Translations under genes and position numbers: made by a program
Part shown: piece after piece, positions 24,617-35,052 of the stretch
Layout of the letters: the number at the start of each line of letters is the position of its first letter
Numbering within the stretch: the stretch's first letter is position 1
Notes under the pieces: generated by a model
Seen by the model: only the letters and a program-made list of their open reading frames with translations
Database searches by the model: none
What the model was told of the DNA's origin: nothing
NCBI RefSeq assembly: GCF_002105155.1
Contig: NW_019028993.1
Location: 124,001 to 188,000, forward strand
Direction: 5' to 3'
DNA: 64,000 nucleotides
DNA from: Lobosporangium transversale
Taxonomy: Eukaryota

Positions 24617-24922
24617 GGCATCACTGACAGCTTGGAGTCTCTTATGAATACCTACGATGAGTTTGCGGCAGAAGTCCACTGGGATCCTGTACCATTCAAC
24701 CAATATAGTTCATCACAGCTCTTAGCTCGCTCCGCATACCTAGAGAGCCGCCTATCCAATTCTGCCCACATGTGTTCAATAGGGTTGAGGTCAGGGGATT
24801 GTGCTGGCCACTCTAGAAGTGTACCTTCCTCTTCTGTCAGATGTACTGACTCCAAATACTTCCTAACAATCTTCGCCGTGTGCTTCGAGTCATTGTCGTG
24901 CTGAAAGACGATATCGCTTTTA
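24617..24922 (-). mobile_element. Tc1 family A fragment (transposase C-terminus)
   Basis: FQHDNDSKH...WPAQSPDLNPIEHMW; near-identical to ~31279-31595. Confidence 0.88.
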
Positions 24923-26525
24923 TAGTGCGTGCCAAAACTGATGCAATAAATTGCATTTTTCAACATTCATTCCTCATCCTCCTTCTTCCTCTTTATGATC
25001 TTCCCTGCCACCACCGTTTCTCATTCTCATTTGTCTCACCTCCATGGAGTCTCATCGTCATCGCCATCAGTGGCCTAATTAGCATTTAATTGCAATTTGC
25101 TTTCAGCATCTCATTGCATCTATTATGGCAATTAACAACTTCTTGTTTTTATGTATTCCTGTTACTTCTCCTTTCCCCTAACGATGTTCCCTCCTTTAGC
25201 CTTATATAACTCCCTCATCCTCTTCGGCATACCGCAGTATAGTTTGTGTAAGAATTCAGGAGGGATATGTGTCCATACGTCTTGGACTCTCTCCCAGAGA
25301 TCCTCCATATTCTTTGCCTTGTCTGGATAATGATCCAACTGCACCTTCATGTATGCCCATATGTTTTCTATTGGGTTGATGTCAGGAGAGTTTGCTGGCC
25401 ATTCCATGAGAGGTATCTTAGACTTTTGGATATAGGTCATTGCTATTCTTCCGGTATGAATCCTAGCATTGTCCTGCTGAAATATAAATTTGTCCTTATC
25501 CATCAAGTAGTAATCCCTGGACTTAAAGATATAATCCTTGAGAACGTCGACGTATGTTACCGAATCCACCTTCTCTTGGAGCCAGCAGCCATCGCCTGGT
25601 CCGTAGTAAGTTATACAACCCCAGAACATCATTTTGCCTCCACCGCCTTGCCTTGTCTTTTTGATATGATGTGCTCGTAGAGTTTTATCCCATCGATGCT
25701 TGTAGTAGTACTTTCTTCCGCAGGACCCAACTCTGCTAAAGATGGTCTCATCTGAGAACATGACGTTCTTCCAGTCTTCTAGAGTCCAGTCCAAGTGATC
25801 CTTTGCAAAATTATATCGAGCATAGATTTGCTTCTTCGTCAGATCAGGCTGCTTCTGTTTTACATATGCCCCCATATCATCCTGCATAAGGAACCTCCTG
25901 ATGCTCGATTTACTAACCTGCACTCCTTCCCTCAATTGAACAAGTTGTTGGCCATCTTTTTGGGTCTCCAATACACCCATGTCAAAAAATCTTGATAAAA
26001 GCTGTTTCGTTTTCTTAGTAACTTTGCAGGGTCGGCCCCCTCTCAGCACTGGAATACTTTCTTTGCCTCTTTTCCTAATCCTTTGAGCTGAGGTAACAGA
26101 TATCCCTAAACTCTTTGACACTTCTCTGGAAGACTTTCCCTGATGAAGTAGAGCAGTTGCATTTTGGATAGTTGATTTGGATAATGATTTCATGTTATGA
26201 TAAAGATATGGCAGATATGTAGAGTGTCGCTTGGTGTATCAGTGGTGATGGTGCTATAAAGAAAGAATAAAGAATAAGAAAGAAGTAAGGGATGGACAAA
26301 CCTGACATGTACTTTTTACCAAAACTGATGCAATGAGACATGACTATACAAATGGCGATTATTCGCTAATTGCGTCATTGATGAGAACAGCGATGACAGT
26401 CTACGAAGGTGAGACAAATGAGAATGAGAAGCGGTGATGGTAGGGAAGATCATTAGAAAGGAAAAGGAGAATGAGGAATGAATGTTAAAAAATGCAAATT
26501 ATTGCATCAGTTTTGGCACGCACCA
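24923..26525 (-). mobile_element. Tc1 family C, full length
   Basis: TIR TAGTGCGTGCCAAAACTGATGCAATAA / TTATTGCATCAGTTTTGGCACGCACCA, TA on both sides. Confidence 0.9.
25162..26193 (-). CDS. Tc1-type DDE transposase (family C), intact 343 aa
   Basis: HTH N-terminus with GGRP; VMFSDE, FQQDNARIH, SPDINPIE. Confidence 0.94.
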   Translation of the reverse strand: MKSLSKSTIQNATALLHQGKSSREVSKSLGISVTSAQRIRKRGKESIPVLRGGRPCKVTKKTKQLLSRFFDMGVLETQKDGQQLVQLREGVQVSKSSIRRFLMQDDMGAYVKQKQPDLTKKQIYARYNFAKDHLDWTLEDWKNVMFSDETIFSRVGSCGRKYYYKHRWDKTLRAHHIKKTRQGGGGKMMFWGCITYYGPGDGCWLQEKVDSVTYVDVLKDYIFKSRDYYLMDKDKFIFQQDNARIHTGRIAMTYIQKSKIPLMEWPANSPDINPIENIWAYMKVQLDHYPDKAKNMEDLWERVQDVWTHIPPEFLHKLYCGMPKRMRELYKAKGGNIVRGKEK

Positions 26526-26527
26526 TA

Positions 26528-27262
26528 TGTTGCACAAAATTATTATAGTGATTTCGCTTGCAGATGCTGAGATTGAACGTAGGAATGACCTAGGTCTGGC
26601 AGGTTGAATAGGCAGTCCCTGATTTGTTGGAAGAGAAGGAGTCTTAGGATATCCTCGTTTGGCTTGGGCAGACCTGAAGCTACTGGCGGCGACGCTGGCT
26701 TCGCTTCTTGAAGTCACTTGGGGCAACTGGCGTGTTTGCACTTCCTCGAACATAGACCTTGAACGCCCTTCGCGCGTCTTCACACCCAAGACATTGTATT
26801 CTCCGCCAGAATGGTCTATATCGTTGGTAAACATCAACTTGCTCTTGTTCGTGTCTGTCCTGACCACGACGCCATATATCACGCTTCGCCTGCGCTTGCC
26901 GCTGGGCGCGTCGGTCGATGAGGCTCTCTGACTACAGAAGCATTGACGCGTACGGAAGAAGTCAGTAACAAGGTTCGAAGCAACGGATATCAAGTATTAA
27001 CTAGCAACTAAGAGTCAAAGGTATAGACTTACAGGCGATCGCCTTCCAGAAAACCCGCTGTAGTCATCGTCACTCTCGAATTCGCACCTATTCTCGTTGA
27101 AAGTAGGGTCTTCGTCTAGATTTTCATTGACTTCCTGGTTGAATGAGTGATATTCATCAAAGTCGTCGTTATTTTCTTCGCCATACTCTTCGTCATACTC
27201 TTCGCCATACTCTTCGCCATGCTCTTTGTCGAACAAGAAATTTTCACTCTTATCATTCATCG
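26528..27262 (-). pseudogene. Degenerate coding remnant, possibly a Mutator/FAR1-type DNA-binding region
   Basis: Acidic N-terminus then RTRQCFCSQRASS...KRRRS...DHSG in broken frames; weak resemblance only. Confidence 0.25.
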
Positions 27263-27935
27263 TTGAATAAAAAAAGGAATTGCGTTTCAAGGTCAGGCAG
27301 ACTGATTCAGGAAGAGGAATGGAAAGTGGGAGCATGAAGAGAATGAATGAGAACAGAAAAAACTTTATTAGACAAAACAAGAATACGGACAAAAAAAGTT
27401 TTATCGCATATTGAGGGTTCTCTCCTCCATGAGGGAACAAACTGTTTTTTGTGGATTGAGTAAATGGGCTCAACATATTTAAAGATTGTTCCCTTTGTCT
27501 CTTTGCGAAGGTTGTTGCAAGAGAAGAATCTAGTACAATCGTATCAGTGTTACTTGGCGTCACAGACGATGATTATTGGTCTTTAAGATCTTTAAGGTAT
27601 AGAGATATAGAAGCCTAGCTATGGAAGTAGAAGTTGGCTTTGACTATATATAGTCAACATTAGTAATAAAGAGAAAGCAGAGGCAGAGATGCCGAGCATT
27701 TACTGAATTATTAAAGTACATGGCCGCTTTGCGAGACAAGATCAGACAAATAAAGTTAATCTGTCAACTGTTCGTGGTATTTATTAAGCGTGTCTTTAGG
27801 GATGATGCAAAAGGTTCTCTGAGAATTGAATGAGAATGGCAATGGCAATGGCAATGGCAATGGTAATGGTAGTGCGAAAAGAGAAGAAGCCTGTTATGCA
27901 TGCAGATGATTGTGAGTCTCTGTGCTTTTCTTCAG

Positions 27936-28063
27936 GTTAGCGCTGTTTGTGCAATAGGTTTGTGCTGTTTTCAGAACAGGTTCGCGCTGTTATAGAAAAG
28001 GTTCACGCTGTTTCAGAACAGGTTCGTGCTGTTTCAGAACAGGTTCGCGCTGTTTCAGAACAG
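27936..28063. repeat. 21-bp tandem repeat (GAACAGGTTCGCGCTGTTTCA variants), continued at 44157-44210
   Basis: About six units before the Harbinger left end and further units right after its right end. Confidence 0.85.
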
Positions 28064-28311
28064 AGTCGCATTCAAATTTTTTTTTTGTGAATTGTGAATT
28101 GTGAAATGAAATCTATTGGCTTTGAAATGACCAATAATCTGCCAGAACTGGGTCCATTTCACAATTCAATTTTTCATCAAAAAGTTATAAAATTGATTTG
28201 TGAAATGACTCATTTGATCCAATGACCTTTGAAAGTGATTTTCTCTTTTTTTTTCTTTTTCTTTCTTTCTTTCTTTTTTTCCCTTTCACGCAACACACAC
28301 ATAAAAAAGAA

Positions 28312-29897
28312 ATGTCGCATACCTTTTACAACGGTATCAACCCTTTGATCTCTCCCACGCCTTCAAATGCAACAATTACCTCTGTTTCTGAACGTCCAAT
28401 AATTGTTGATGCCACTCATCAGCGACAGTTCCCTTACGTAGCCGCCCAGAACTATCAATACCAGCAGCAGCAACAAAACCTTCAAGGAAAGGGTTCTCAG
28501 GAACTTTACAATATTTATCCAATCTGTGATGCCCAATTTGCGACACCACCCTCAGCCAACTCAATCTGAGCAAAGTTCAAAACGTCCAAGGGAAGAACTG
28601 CAACAGACTTCTTATTCTCAACTTAGACCAATCTCAGCTTTGAATACGAATCGCTCAATTGCAATTACACCTCCGCCAATTACTTCTCAAGTACAACCTG
28701 GATCTCGTGCAAGATCTTCCACAACTCATGCTTCCTCTGCCTCTGCTTCGAAAGCTAAGGCAGCGACTAGAGGCCCTGGGAGCTTTTGGACCGCAGATGG
28801 GATGGATGCCTTTGTGGATTGGATAACTGACCCCCACAACTATGAAAAATTGCAAAGAGTACGGACAGTATCTGGTCAAAAGAAGGCCGACGTGCATACC
28901 GCTATTGCTGAATACGTAAACGGGGTTTCCGGAACTGATTGGACTCAAAAGATTGTAAGGAACAAGATTGAATATGCAAAGAAGAAATATGACCAAGCCA
29001 AGGCCCTTGCAGACCAAACTGGTGGTGGAGATACGGAGAATTTAGCAGACCTTCGAAGGCAAATGATGGAAATATGTCCTGAATACGACCGATTCCACGC
29101 TGTTTGGGGAAGCTCATTAGCGAGGAACCCCCCTCCTCTCATGCAGTCATGTAGACGTGTCATTGATGATTCCTCAGAAAGAGAGTCATCTCCTGAGACA
29201 ACTCTCGACTCTGAAGATGACGGCCAGGAAGATGACGGCAATGAAGGTGGATTTGTTATTAATGGTAAGAAACTTAATGCCTGTTTGACATTGCTAATTT
29301 TAGTCATACCCGATATCTAATTCAAATTCATCAATTCTATCTATAAAAGACTTGCTTCAAGTTAACGACGAAGATAAAAGAGACCGAGTACCGAAGCGTC
29401 GAAGGAAAGCAAAACTTAGTGAAAAAGATGCTTTTGTTCAAAGTACTGTGTCTACTTTACAAACGCAAGTCGGCCTCGCCGCATCTACGAGATACAATGC
29501 ATGAAATGACAGCATGAAAGAGCGAGAGAGAGCTATGCTAGATAGGGAACGAAATTTTGAAGCTATGCTGAAACAACGGGCGCAGGATTTTGAAACACTA
29601 TTGAAAGGAAGAAGAGATGAATTCGAAAAAGAAAAGGAGATATACAAAAAAGACTTTGAAAAAGAAAAAGAGATACAAAAAAAGACTTTGAAAAAGAAAA
29701 AACAGATACAAAAAGAGGAAGCAGAGAGGATAATGGAGCGTCGAATGAAAATGCTGGACGAGGAAAAAAAAGAGATGATGGAGTTTAGAAAAGAAAGGGA
29801 TCAGCTTCTTCAAGAGCTAGCGTCTCTAAAGAAAGAGGTGGAGTTGTGTTGTAGGAACAACAACAACAACAAGCATGGACAATCGCACGGTTTTTAA
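28312..29897 (+). pseudogene. Harbinger-associated Myb/SANT-like DNA-binding protein with coiled-coil tail; disrupted
   Basis: FWTADGMDAFVDWITDPHNY...WTQKIVRNKIEYAKKKY...CPEYDRFHAVWG; frameshift near 28530-28570, intron from 29264, in-frame TGA near 29502. Confidence 0.75.
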
Positions 29898-30990
29898 ACG
29901 CGACAATATATGCATTTTAATAAACCTTTGAGGCTATCGTCTGTATAAAACCCATCGCATAAGCTTATTCCTTCTTCTATTACCTTCTTGTTGTTGGGGA
30001 TCTAGTTCTTCTACATCTTCAGGCACATCTCCAGGAACTAATGGCTCGTTGAGGATCTGTTCTTCCGTAATGTCTTCTTGGGCATCTTTCCGCAAGAAAT
30101 ATTGTAAAACGACACACGCCATGATCCACATTGATGCCTTATTAATATGCCTTCGCTTGTCGATCCTTACAGGCAAACTTTGAAGGGATTGGAACTTGAG
30201 TTTTAACATACCAAACGCGTGCTCGATCTTGACCCTTGCTCTTCCATGGAGCGAGTTGAATCTTTTCTGATCACCTTGTGCATTCCTATAGCGCGGGATC
30301 ACTGTTGCAGACGCAGCATAAGCGGCATCAGCAAGTATATATTCTTTTCCTTGGAAGAACTCGCCTGGATTCCGGTGCAGCTCCGTGCTCCTGTATGCTG
30401 TCGAGTCATGCATAGACCCGATGTAGCCAGTAGCGAAAAATATGAAGCGACCTAAATGATCACTTACAGCTGTAGCGCCTACCGCATAGTTGCACTTTCG
30501 GGTAATCCACGCTCCTGTATCAAAATTTGGGGCCGAGGACAGTGGGAAACAAACTCCATCGACAGCCCCAAGCATATGTGGGAAGCCTTTGTTTTCTTTA
30601 AACCATTTCAAAATCTCAAGTTTTTCCTCTCTATCAGGCCACACCACGAACTGTTCTACGAGATTATTAATGGCTTTGATACACCTCCAGGTGTAAGAGT
30701 GAACAGCGCCGACATTGCAACCAAAAATCCAAGCAACCTTCTTGATCGATATCCCTTTTGTTCCAAGGCGAAATAGGGTAACCTTTAGCTGGATCTTGAT
30801 ATTGACTAAAGGATCGCCGGTTTTTCGGAGCCGAAACAGAGGATCCCTGCCAAGGATCTCGGCCAGCTCTTGGAATTGTTCCGGCGTCAAACGTATGATA
30901 CCAGAATAGTCCTCTGGGTTGTATGCATCGAGGACTCTGTCTCGTAATTCTGTCGAATATGGTTTTCGACATCGAGGACGCAGATACATA

Positions 30991-32622
30991 CACTATCATG
31001 CAAAACTGATTCAATAATTCATTCCCATGTGCATTTCTTTTTTTCATTCCTAGAAACCGTATATGCATACACCACTCATACTTTGGTTTAATAAAGCTCC
31101 CGTCTTCTTCTACGTCATAGTGATGCGTTGTGACATTAGCTTGTCTCATTTGAATAGCTAATGACTTTTTTGTTCATGCAGGTCATTGAATCAGTTTCAC
31201 ATGTGCCCATTCGGTGGCCAAAGATCTTTATTCTTTTGTGAGGCATAACCTTACATCAATAGATAGTATTCCAACCATGGGCATCACTGACAGCTTGGAG
31301 TCTCTTATGGATACCTATGATGAGTTTGCGGCAGAAGTCCACTGGGATCCTGTACCATTCAACCGATATTCGCTCCCATAGTTCATCACAGCTCTTAGCT
31401 CGCTCCGGATACCTAGAGAGCCGCCTATCCAATTCTGCCCACATGTGTTCAATAGGGTTGAGGTCAGGGGATTGTGCTGGCCACTCTAGAAGTGTACCTT
31501 CCTCTTCTGTCAGATGTACTGACTCCAAATACTTCCTAACAATCTTCGCCGTGTGCTTCGAGTCATTGTCGTGCTGAAAGACGATATCGCTTTTAGTTAG
31601 GCCCCAGTCATCAAGCGACATCTGTAGATCCTCCTGCAGTAGTTTGATGTAAAGTTGTGCGTCCATATTATTGTCAATCTTTGCAATGTATCCAGGTCCG
31701 TACCATGAGAAGCATGACCACACTTTAACATTACCACCCCCAAACTTGACAGTGCCTTGCACCGACCTGCGAGTGAGGCGTCCCGGGTTGTCGTCCCAGA
31801 TCCACTGCACGCCATCAGAGCAGATTCGGTTTATTTTCGATTCATCTGACCAAATAACCTTTTTCCAATCTTCCAGAGTCCATTCCTTATACTTTTTGAT
31901 AAAATGCAAACGAGCTTTAATATGCCGTCGACGTAAAGCTGGCTTATGTACACGCCTCTTTGCTGTCAATCCTAACTCCTTGAGCCGTCGTCTAACGGTG
32001 GTCTCAGAAACAGCCGCTGGTATGAGCTGGTTGGCTCTGACGGTGGCCTCAACTGCAGACTTGAGTGTACCTCGTTTCATGTTCACCTTAAGATACTGCA
32101 TGATACCTCTAGGTACTTTCCTTGGTCGACCGCCTTTATTGACTGGCATGTACTCCTTATTATGTGCATAGATCCTGGTGGCCGTCGCTATTGCTATACC
32201 AACACTAGCAGCAGTTTCTCTAGTAGACATGCCTCCCATCATTAACCTCCTGGCTTCGTTGACTTTCCTTTGTGGAGTGGGTCTCATATTCTGTGAAGGT
32301 ATAGTTAAGAGAGAGTTAAGCAAGTGTTCATAAAGGAAAGAGAGAAAAGTCCTTTTTTTACTGGCATTAAATGACGTCCAAAAGTTGTCATGGGCAACAT
32401 TTTAGACCACATGTGAAACTGATTCAATGACCTGCATGAACAAAAAAGTCATTAGCTATTCAAATGAGACAAGCTAATGTCACAACGCATCACTATGACG
32501 TAGAAGAAGACGGGAGCTTTATTAAACCAAAGTATGAGTGGTGTATGCATATACGGTTTCTAGGAATGAAAAAAAGAAATGCACATGGGAATGAATTATT
32601 GAATCAGTTTTGCATGATAGTG
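30991..32622 (-). mobile_element. Tc1 family A, full length, 215-bp TIRs
   Basis: TIRs 30991-31205 and 32408-32622; TA flanks. Confidence 0.95.
31256..32287 (-). CDS. Tc1-type DDE transposase (family A), intact
   Basis: MRPTPQRKV...; GGRP; VIWSDESK, FQHDNDSKH, SPDLNPIE. Confidence 0.94.
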   Translation of the reverse strand: MRPTPQRKVNEARRLMMGGMSTRETAASVGIAIATATRIYAHNKEYMPVNKGGRPRKVPRGIMQYLKVNMKRGTLKSAVEATVRANQLIPAAVSETTVRRRLKELGLTAKRRVHKPALRRRHIKARLHFIKKYKEWTLEDWKKVIWSDESKINRICSDGVQWIWDDNPGRLTRRSVQGTVKFGGGNVKVWSCFSWYGPGYIAKIDNNMDAQLYIKLLQEDLQMSLDDWGLTKSDIVFQHDNDSKHTAKIVRKYLESVHLTEEEGTLLEWPAQSPDLNPIEHMWAELDRRLSRYPERAKSCDELWERISVEWYRIPVDFCRKLIIGIHKRLQAVSDAHGWNTIY

Positions 32623-33073
32623 TATCTGTTCCTGTACATAAAAGACAGGATGTTGGCATAAGTTTCCAGTTGGAATAAGTCAGCGTCGTCTCTATTTTCG
32701 ACGTGCCGCCTTACTTCCTCCACAGCCCTCAAGAATCTTTGCTCAATTGCATCTGTCAAGCGTTGGTTTCGAGTGCGAATAGTAGGCATTTTATCAAAGG
32801 AAAAGGGGAGAGAATAAAAAAGGGGCAAAATCACTTTCAAAGGTCATTGGACCAAATGAGTCATTTCACAAATCAATTTTACAACTTTTTGATGAAAAAT
32901 TGAATTGTGAAATGAACCCAGCTCTGGCAGATTATTGGTCACTTCAAAGCCAATAGATTTCATTTCACAATTCACAATTCACAAAATTATCCTTCATAGT
33001 CCAGCGACCCTTTCCTGTGTAATCTTTCTCTTTAATAAATCTCGAGCTACAGAACTACCCTTAAACTAAAAAT

Positions 33074-33113
<40 letters not shown>

Positions 33114-33187
33114 CTCTCTGCTGGCTGATCTGGTACTACATCTTTCTTTTTCTCGAGCTTCCGGAACACGTCCATCTCCATAGAAAT

Positions 33188-34171
33188 ATGAACTTCAACG
33201 ATAACAATGTCCACAACACATACACTGCTTCTAACTCTACGGACGGCAATCATGGTCCTTCGATCCTGGAGGTCAACCCCGCTCCACCATCCACCTTACC
33301 CAGTAACACTTCCCTTCCAGAAAACAGATATGCCCTCCCTCCGGAGATCCTGCAAGCTATCAGTGCTCTCACGCAGTTCTCCCAGAACGGAGGCGCGTTC
33401 CACCAGCCAGACACACCAATCCAAGACCCATTTATGCGTCGCGCGGAGCCCCTGTGCTACCTGGCACCCTACGAGGATTTGGAACAGGTCACGCCTTCCC
33501 TCAAGAGACGAAAAGAATTCCACACAGTTAAGTTTAATGACGAGGAACAACGTTACTACGATATTAGCCAATTTCCAATAGTGGAAGATATGGAATACAC
33601 ACCTCCAGCAATCCCCAAAGAATGGGCTATTTCCGATAGTCTCAAGAATGCTGATCAGAAATTGGTCACACTGGCAACAAAAGCGGCACACATTACGAGG
33701 CCACTCGCTGCAACAGCGCATGCACTTGTCTCTCAAAACGGTAAGGACGTTCCAGTACTACATATCCTCCGCACCCTGGATACAGTCCAAACTCAAATAT
33801 CCATGCTCTGCGAGCAGATCAATAAAATCCGCACCGAAGCATTCTACAAGGAAAAGAAATTTATCACTCCTCCAGACACATCGACCAGACGCCAACTGGT
33901 CGAAACAGCCGATTTACTTGAACATGCCAAGCTTTCGCAAAATGTCAAGAAATACAGCAATCCTAACCGAGGTAGAGACTACCGAGGCAGGCAAGGTCGC
34001 TTTGGAAACAATTCAGCTACTCAAACACAGCAGTATCAACAAGCGACCCCTCAGACTCAAAGCCAACAAACAACGCAACCACAGCAAAATAATAATTACG
34101 GCTTGGGCGGCCAATTTTTTCGGAGCTCCCCTTCCACACGGGGAAGGGGACAAGGAAGGGGGCGCCAGTAG
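33188..34171 (+). CDS. DIRS gag-like ORF
   Basis: 327-aa ORF directly upstream of and overlapping the DIRS RT frame; RG/Q-rich C-terminus. Confidence 0.75.
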   Translation: MNFNDNNVHNTYTASNSTDGNHGPSILEVNPAPPSTLPSNTSLPENRYALPPEILQAISALTQFSQNGGAFHQPDTPIQDPFMRRAEPLCYLAPYEDLEQVTPSLKRRKEFHTVKFNDEEQRYYDISQFPIVEDMEYTPPAIPKEWAISDSLKNADQKLVTLATKAAHITRPLAATAHALVSQNGKDVPVLHILRTLDTVQTQISMLCEQINKIRTEAFYKEKKFITPPDTSTRRQLVETADLLEHAKLSQNVKKYSNPNRGRDYRGRQGRFGNNSATQTQQYQQATPQTQSQQTTQPQQNNNYGLGGQFFRSSPSTRGRGQGRGRQ

Positions 34172-34883
34172 GAGGTCGACTACACCTCTACCAAACAGCA
34201 TGGAATCTATTAACAGACGAGAAATGGGTACGCAGAGTTATTCAGAATGGATACGAAATCCCGTTCGATTCGCTACCACCAATCAGCAATACAACAACAC
34301 ACAGCAGCGTCCGCTCCAAAGAAGAAATGAAGACGATAGAACAAGAAATTGTAGCATTGTTAGCCAAGAAAGCCATAGAGGAAGCTTCAGAACATGGGTT
34401 CGTGAGCCGCATCTTTACTATTCCAAAGAAAACGGGGGATCTACGCCCCGTATTGAACCTAAAGCCACTGAACAAATTTATTTCACCCCCTCATTTCAAA
34501 ATGGAATCAATGAAGACGGTTTGCAATATGATAAACAAAAAGGATTACATGACGAGTATAGACTTAGAGGATGCCTTCCTACATATTTTAATACACCCCG
34601 AATCACGCCGGTTCCTTCAATTTCAATGGAAGGAGAAAACTTACCAGTTTCGGGTGCTCCCCTTCGGACTGTCGTTAGCCCCTTACGTATTCACCAAGAT
34701 GCTGAAACCAGTGCTGAAATGGGCCAGAAGGAAAGGGATAAGGATAGCAGCGTATCTGGACGACATCCTGATAGTAGCCTCATCACAACAGTTGTCGGAG
34801 ATACATACCGAGATGGTTCTCCAGCGACTAGCATCCGTAGGATTCAAGGTGAAGGAGTCGAAATCACATCTAAAGCCGACACC
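34165..34883 (+). pseudogene. DIRS reverse transcriptase, 3'-truncated (no RNase H, methyltransferase or recombinase core)
   Basis: PVGGRLHLYQTAW, RPVLNLKPLN, HFKMES, IDLEDAFLHI, LPFGLSLAPYVFTK, AYLDD; breaks after KSHLKPT. Confidence 0.9.
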
Positions 34884-35052
34884 TAAAGTCGCGGAGAACA
34901 CGTTTGTTGTCCATACGAATGATTTTGTCGGCTGAGTTTGGAAGCAAATGGTAAATTGTATGGGGCCTGAAACTACTGATTAAAGGTTTAAAAGGTTAGA
35001 AGCAGTTCGAATCAACATACATATGGACATATAGGAAAGTATTCTACTATTA

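Larger units (their letters stand above)
29934..32790 (-). pseudogene. Harbinger DDE nuclease (DDE_Tnp_4/HARBI1-like), interrupted by Tc1-A
   Basis: GAVDG, GSMHDS, YILADAAY, RVKIEHAFGMLKLKF; N-terminus MPTIRTRNQRL...YRNRY lies beyond the Tc1 at 32623-32790. Confidence 0.9.

Noticed and set aside
24277..24703. ORFs over the TTCGAA repeats
   Set aside because: Stop-free by virtue of repeat structure inside a MITE.
27936..28063. 21-bp repeats as a CRISPR-like array
   Set aside because: Contiguous tandem units with no unique spacers, eukaryotic context, no cas genes.
30667..31149. Recurring ORF MRQANVTTHHY... (also 32464, 35972, 37496)
   Set aside because: Incidental frame within the Tc1-A TIR reading into flanking DNA.
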